DNA of 64,000 bases from Sphyrna mokarran. Its lineage: Eukaryota. Numbering within the stretch: position 1 is the first letter of the stretch; every line of letters begins with the position of its first letter. A program made the translations under genes and the position numbers. The stretch is taken from contig JAGIQG010000030.1 in assembly GCA_024679065.1 (NCBI GenBank), forward strand, positions 10,726,001 to 10,790,000, read 5' to 3'. The notes beneath the pieces are model-generated. The model was not told the origin of the DNA. It worked only from the letters and a program-made list of their open reading frames with translations, and did no database searches. Shown piece by piece: positions 63,823 through 64,000 of the stretch.

Positions 63823-64000
63823 CCACACTCACCCACGCTCACTCTCATTGTCACACATTCACAGACTCACTCACTAAAACACACTCAGTCACACGGGCAC
63901 TAATTCTAACTCATTCACACATAAACTCACTCAGACTCACACACTCAAACTCTCACACGCACTCAGTTACACACACAAACTCACATTCATACATACACTA
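63823..64000. repeat. Degenerate (CA)/(CACT)n simple repeat
   Basis: CACACTCAC-type units run to the window end. Confidence 0.85.

Noticed and set aside
1-64000. CRISPR arrays, operons or other prokaryote-type systems
   Set aside because: The sequence is eukaryotic, with a spliced gene; no regularly spaced repeat-spacer array was seen.

Overview
Vertebrate genomic DNA, very likely a shark. This is inferred from the repeat content: HE1/V-SINE-like, DeuSINE-like and CR1/HER1-like elements. The only host protein-coding gene I can support is SKOR1 (SKI family transcriptional corepressor 1) on the minus strand. It has 8 coding exons reconstructed by hand between 55468 and 62558, all with AG/GT splice sites and consistent phases, giving 2328 nt (775 aa plus stop). 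Its non-coding 5' part lies further right or outside the window. The left ~52 kb is gene-free DNA downstream of SKOR1 and is dense in decayed, nested transposons: about 30 HE1-like SINE copies with two different 3' tails, CR1, Rex1/Babar and L2 LINE fragments, a fragmented Ty3/Gypsy pol, small TIR elements, and a 3.15-kb hAT (Tip100/ZMYM1-like) element with an 8-bp TSD inside a SINE. The most interesting observations are: (i) a diverged local duplication that copies a CTCF-like motif into a CR1, within a divergent set of four CTCF-like motifs; (ii) up to four local templated insertions copied from sequence 0.5-4 kb away; (iii) a datable SINE>hAT nest; (iv) SINE tail swapping; (v) CpG retention and TE depletion over SKOR1. 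All family names and identities are by eye and from memory; no database search was run. I found no clearly new coding system.
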